Origin: Oikopleura dioica
Taxonomy: Eukaryota; Animalia; Chordata
DNA: 64,000 nt
Assembly (NCBI GenBank): GCA_907165135.1
Contig: OU015566.1
Location: 7,378,001-7,442,000, forward strand
Direction: 5' to 3'
The translations under genes were made by a program, and so were the position numbers. The notes under the pieces are model-generated. The model saw only the letters and a list, made by a program, of their open reading frames with translations. It made no database searches and was not told the DNA's origin. This document shows positions 60,640-64,000 of this stretch, in pieces; within the stretch, counting starts at the first letter, position 1; each line of letters starts with the position of its first letter.

Positions 60640-63600
60640 ATGCGACTTTTCGTAAGCTTCGCGACTCTGCTGGCCCTAGTAGCCGGCCAATTTGAGACAT
60701 CCGAGTTTGACGCGACCGCCGAGCAAGATAACGGCTCTGAAAGAGGTTTCACGAAGAGCTTGAGCGCCCGAGAACGGAAAAATGAGAATCGAAAAGCTCA
60801 GATTGAAGCAGAAGATGAAGTAAAATACACGCCGAAGAAATTCCTTCAACTGGCTGAAGCAGAAGTAGCCATGGCGAACCAGACGGATAGTCGCCTAAGA
60901 AATAGGAAACGGGCCACATAACTTAGTAGACTGTTTGACACTTACCTAAAAAGGAAATTTTCTCACTCTTTGAGAATCGAGACACAAATGTGACCTCGGC
61001 GAAAAGACAGACACAGAGGGTGATTTCTATCGGCGTCGACGAGAGTATTAATCCTAACGATGTTTTCTATTCGCCAAAATTCATCGAAAAGCTCGAAAGA
61101 GATGGATTTTCTACAAAGGGTATACGACGAGCTCAGAGCACTCCCGAAGATGAACTGGTAAATCACAGATAATTAATTTTTTTGAAAAATAATTCTAATG
61201 CTTGTTTTCAGAGAGGCCTTGGCTCTTTGTACCTCAAATGGAACGAATTTTACAACGGAAAAATCGTCGTCCCATATTCCTTTCATCCTGACTACCCTTG
61301 GCCAGCACGAACCTTCCAGTACATAAAAGAGCTCAACAAAGATCTCGGATGCCTCCAGTTTTTCTACGTCCCTTTTCAGCGACTTCGAGTAGCTAACTAC
61401 AAGTACGGTATTCTTTTTGTGCATAAACAAACTACTGGAATTCCTGGCTGCTGGAGTGCACATGGTCGACGTCCCGGTTTTTCCCCTGGTAGCTTCGGAC
61501 CAGCAAAGTATGGAGCGAAGGACACGTGGCAGCTGCTTCAGATGGATGAGCTCTGTGGAGGTAGGATTTCCAAAGATAACTAATGCCAATAGAAGGTCAG
61601 CACAAGACTTATTCCATCAACGATACTTTTAGGGGATACCAAACACGTCGTTCACCATCAATGCCTTCATGCCCTTGGCCTCGCTCACGAACAACATCGA
61701 CCTGATCGAGACGATTACATCAATATCTTTCCAGAACGATACCGAATGGACGTTCCCAATCAGACCTGGAAGTACAGCCTTGAAGACTGGGAAGACACCG
61801 GATTTCCATTCGATCTCAAATCTTCCATGATGGTTTCTTCTTACTCTTTCAAAAAGATGGGCGAGACAAAAGCGCCAATGACTCGAAAAGACGGGACAAC
61901 TTGGGGCATGCACGGTATTGCCAGTACAACGGATATTCTTCAACTCAAGAAGCACTACTGCACCGGATTTCCAGATGTCCCAGAGAAGAAAGTCATCAAC
62001 TGTCCGAACCCTGATTCTCTCGGTATCATTCGACCTATTTTCGCCGATCGAGTCTGTGACAGTGTTCCCGATTGTGAAGATGGAGCTGATGAGGACGGAA
62101 GAATGGGAGAATGCCGAATGCCAGCTGAGTATGTACCTAATTCATCCCTCATCCTTCTTTAGCAAAAATCATCATATTTTCAGACAAACTCCCAACGGCT
62201 GCTGCCGAACATTGATTGTCGCCAACGGTGACATCTGCAACTACCGAGGCTTCTTTATGGGCCGAGATGCTTACCAATGTCAGCGAGTCGCAAAAGAAAC
62301 CTCTCGAACTGGAACTTTTGTACTCTACTCCCACTTCAGAATTTTCAACATCCAAGATAGAAAATTCAAGCGAGGATGGATTTGGTCGCGAACTGGTTTC
62401 GTCTCTGCGGGAACTCAATACTTAGGACTCAAGTTCTCTGACGGCAAATGCCCGATTGAAGGAGCACTGGATGACTGGAGAAACGCACCTTCAGTCTATT
62501 GCAAACGACTCGGTCTTACTGAGGCTGGAAAGGCGACTGTTGCGAGATTGATTGAAGAAGCAAAAGTTGAAATTGAGTTTGGTGTGAAAAATGAATTCGA
62601 ACTACAAGTTGCAAGCTCTAGCACTTCAACCACCACAACAACAACTACAACAACAACTACTACAACCACGACAACAACCACGACAACAACGACTACCACA
62701 ACTACTACTACTACTACTACCACTACTACGACGACGACGACTACAACAACAACCACTACTACTACAACAACAACGACAACAACGACAACAACAACAACAA
62801 CAACCACAACCACAACTACGACTACGACTACAACTACAACTACAACTACAACCACAACCACAACAACCACGACAACCACAACGACAACGACAACCACCAC
62901 AACTACAACGACAACTACCACAACAACAACTACTACGACAACAACTTCGACAACCACAACCACGACAACGACTACCACTTCAACAACTACTACAACAACA
63001 ACAACTACCACAACTACGACAACCACGACGACAACCTCGACTACTTCTACTACAACTACCTCGACATCGACGTCCACAACTTCAACGACAACCACCACAA
63101 CAACTACGACCACCACAACAACTACCACAACCACGACTACGACGACCACAACCACAACAACCACTACAACCACCTCGACTACCGAAAACATTAGTTGTTT
63201 CGCCGACTTTGCTGCTGCCTACCAGACTGATCTATCAACTTGTCCAGCTCCATCTTGTTCTGGATACCACGTTGAAGTTGTCGACTCCTGGGTTTCTCGC
63301 CTTGGAAAGAAACACCAATCATATGGGCATTCTCTCAAGATTCATGTCAACCAAGCGCAATACGATGCAAATGGCTGGACCATGGTCATGGCAATCAATT
63401 CGACTAGAATGTTCGTCTCGAGTTGGAATGTCTGGTTCAAGGATGTTTTCGAAGAGAGCGACAGGACTTCCATTGTCCTTCACCAAAAGCACTCTGATGA
63501 AGAAGAGCAGAAAGATCTTCATGGACAATACTCATTTAGCATAGTAATTGACTGGCTGCGCACTTCAGATCTTCGTATGATGATTTAATATTGTTTTGAA

Positions 63601-63783
63601 CTTTTAACAAAACTTCCTTTAGCTCAAATTTTCTTCTTTGAAAGACGCCTGAACGACCTTTCCTGTGTCTCAACCGATCCAACAGGATATGCAGCTGCGA
63701 TCGCGAAGCGAGGTAAAGTCAAAGACTGGATGGACGTCAACACCGTCGTCCTTACTGAGCGCGGCGGCCTCCGCGTAAAGTAA
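60640..63783 (+). CDS. Secreted astacin-like pseudoprotease + LDLa-like + poly-Thr mucin + CBM2-like domain
   Basis: Signal peptide MRLFVSFATLLALVAG; W...IVVPYSF; GCWSAHG; HQCLHALGLAHEQHRPDRDDY; VCDSVPDCEDGADE (LDLa-like); Thr tract; C-terminal DSW...NGWT...SSWN. Confidence 0.88.
62623..63183 (+). repeat. Coding poly-threonine tract (~185 codons)
   Basis: Almost pure ACN codons using all four Thr codons, with occasional Ser, in frame within ORF 61918-63588. Confidence 0.95.
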
Positions 63784-64000
63784 GTGATTCACCACGGTTT
63801 GGCCGGCCGTACCAATTTATAAAAAGAAAATCAACCAGCGGCGGAATACCCGATTTATATTCTTATATACTGTACATATGCATTTACTAACAAAAAACAA
63901 ACACGCAAAAACGGAAAGTTTTTCACGGGGAAAATAATTCCGTTTTTAATTGACTAACCCTTTTTCAATAAACTAAACCAGAAAAAATCTGTATCAACAA

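Noticed and set aside
62496-63544. Poly-Val ORF (minus) and poly-Gln/Pro ORF (plus, other frame)
   Set aside because: Shadow frames of the poly-Thr ACN tract; only the Thr frame links to flanking domains.
1-64000. Autonomous transposase, retroelement or prokaryotic/viral insert
   Set aside because: No DDE, reverse transcriptase, RepHel or phage-like ORF seen; all long coding regions have spliceosomal introns or animal homologs.

Overview
Eukaryotic, very compact, intron-rich genomic DNA. Many introns are about 40-60 nt, at least one appears non-canonical (GA/GG-AG), genes are packed head-to-tail with acceptor-like AG just before the ATG, and connexin and dachshund genes are present. This points to a larvacean tunicate (Oikopleura-like); the species call is inference. 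Recognisable genes: TMEM68, WBP4, CHORDC1, two tandem SRSF4/5/6-like genes, a connexin, a small dsRBD protein, a GON4L-like protein, an ankyrin protein, POLR2F, dachshund, an MDM2-like RING gene, an EGF/ZP secreted protein, tRNA-Gly(TCC), a RING protein, ERGIC2, a large unassigned helical protein, and a secreted astacin-like/poly-Thr protein. Non-autonomous DNA transposons with readable TIRs and TSDs are frequent: three hAT-type, one piggyBac-like, one Kolobok-like and one MULE-like, plus hairpin MITEs. No transposase gene is visible. Top signal: two different hAT-type elements sit inside coding exons. Both have a GT at TIR position 5-6 and an AG at TSD position 5-6, so each could splice out as a canonical GT-AG intron adding exactly 6 nt in frame (introner-like). 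One of them carries a 3.2-kb 56-bp satellite. Other highlights are a catalytically dead astacin fused to a Thr mucin stalk and a CBM2-like domain, and a compact MDM2-like gene. Gene models were spliced by eye, so exon boundaries are approximate.
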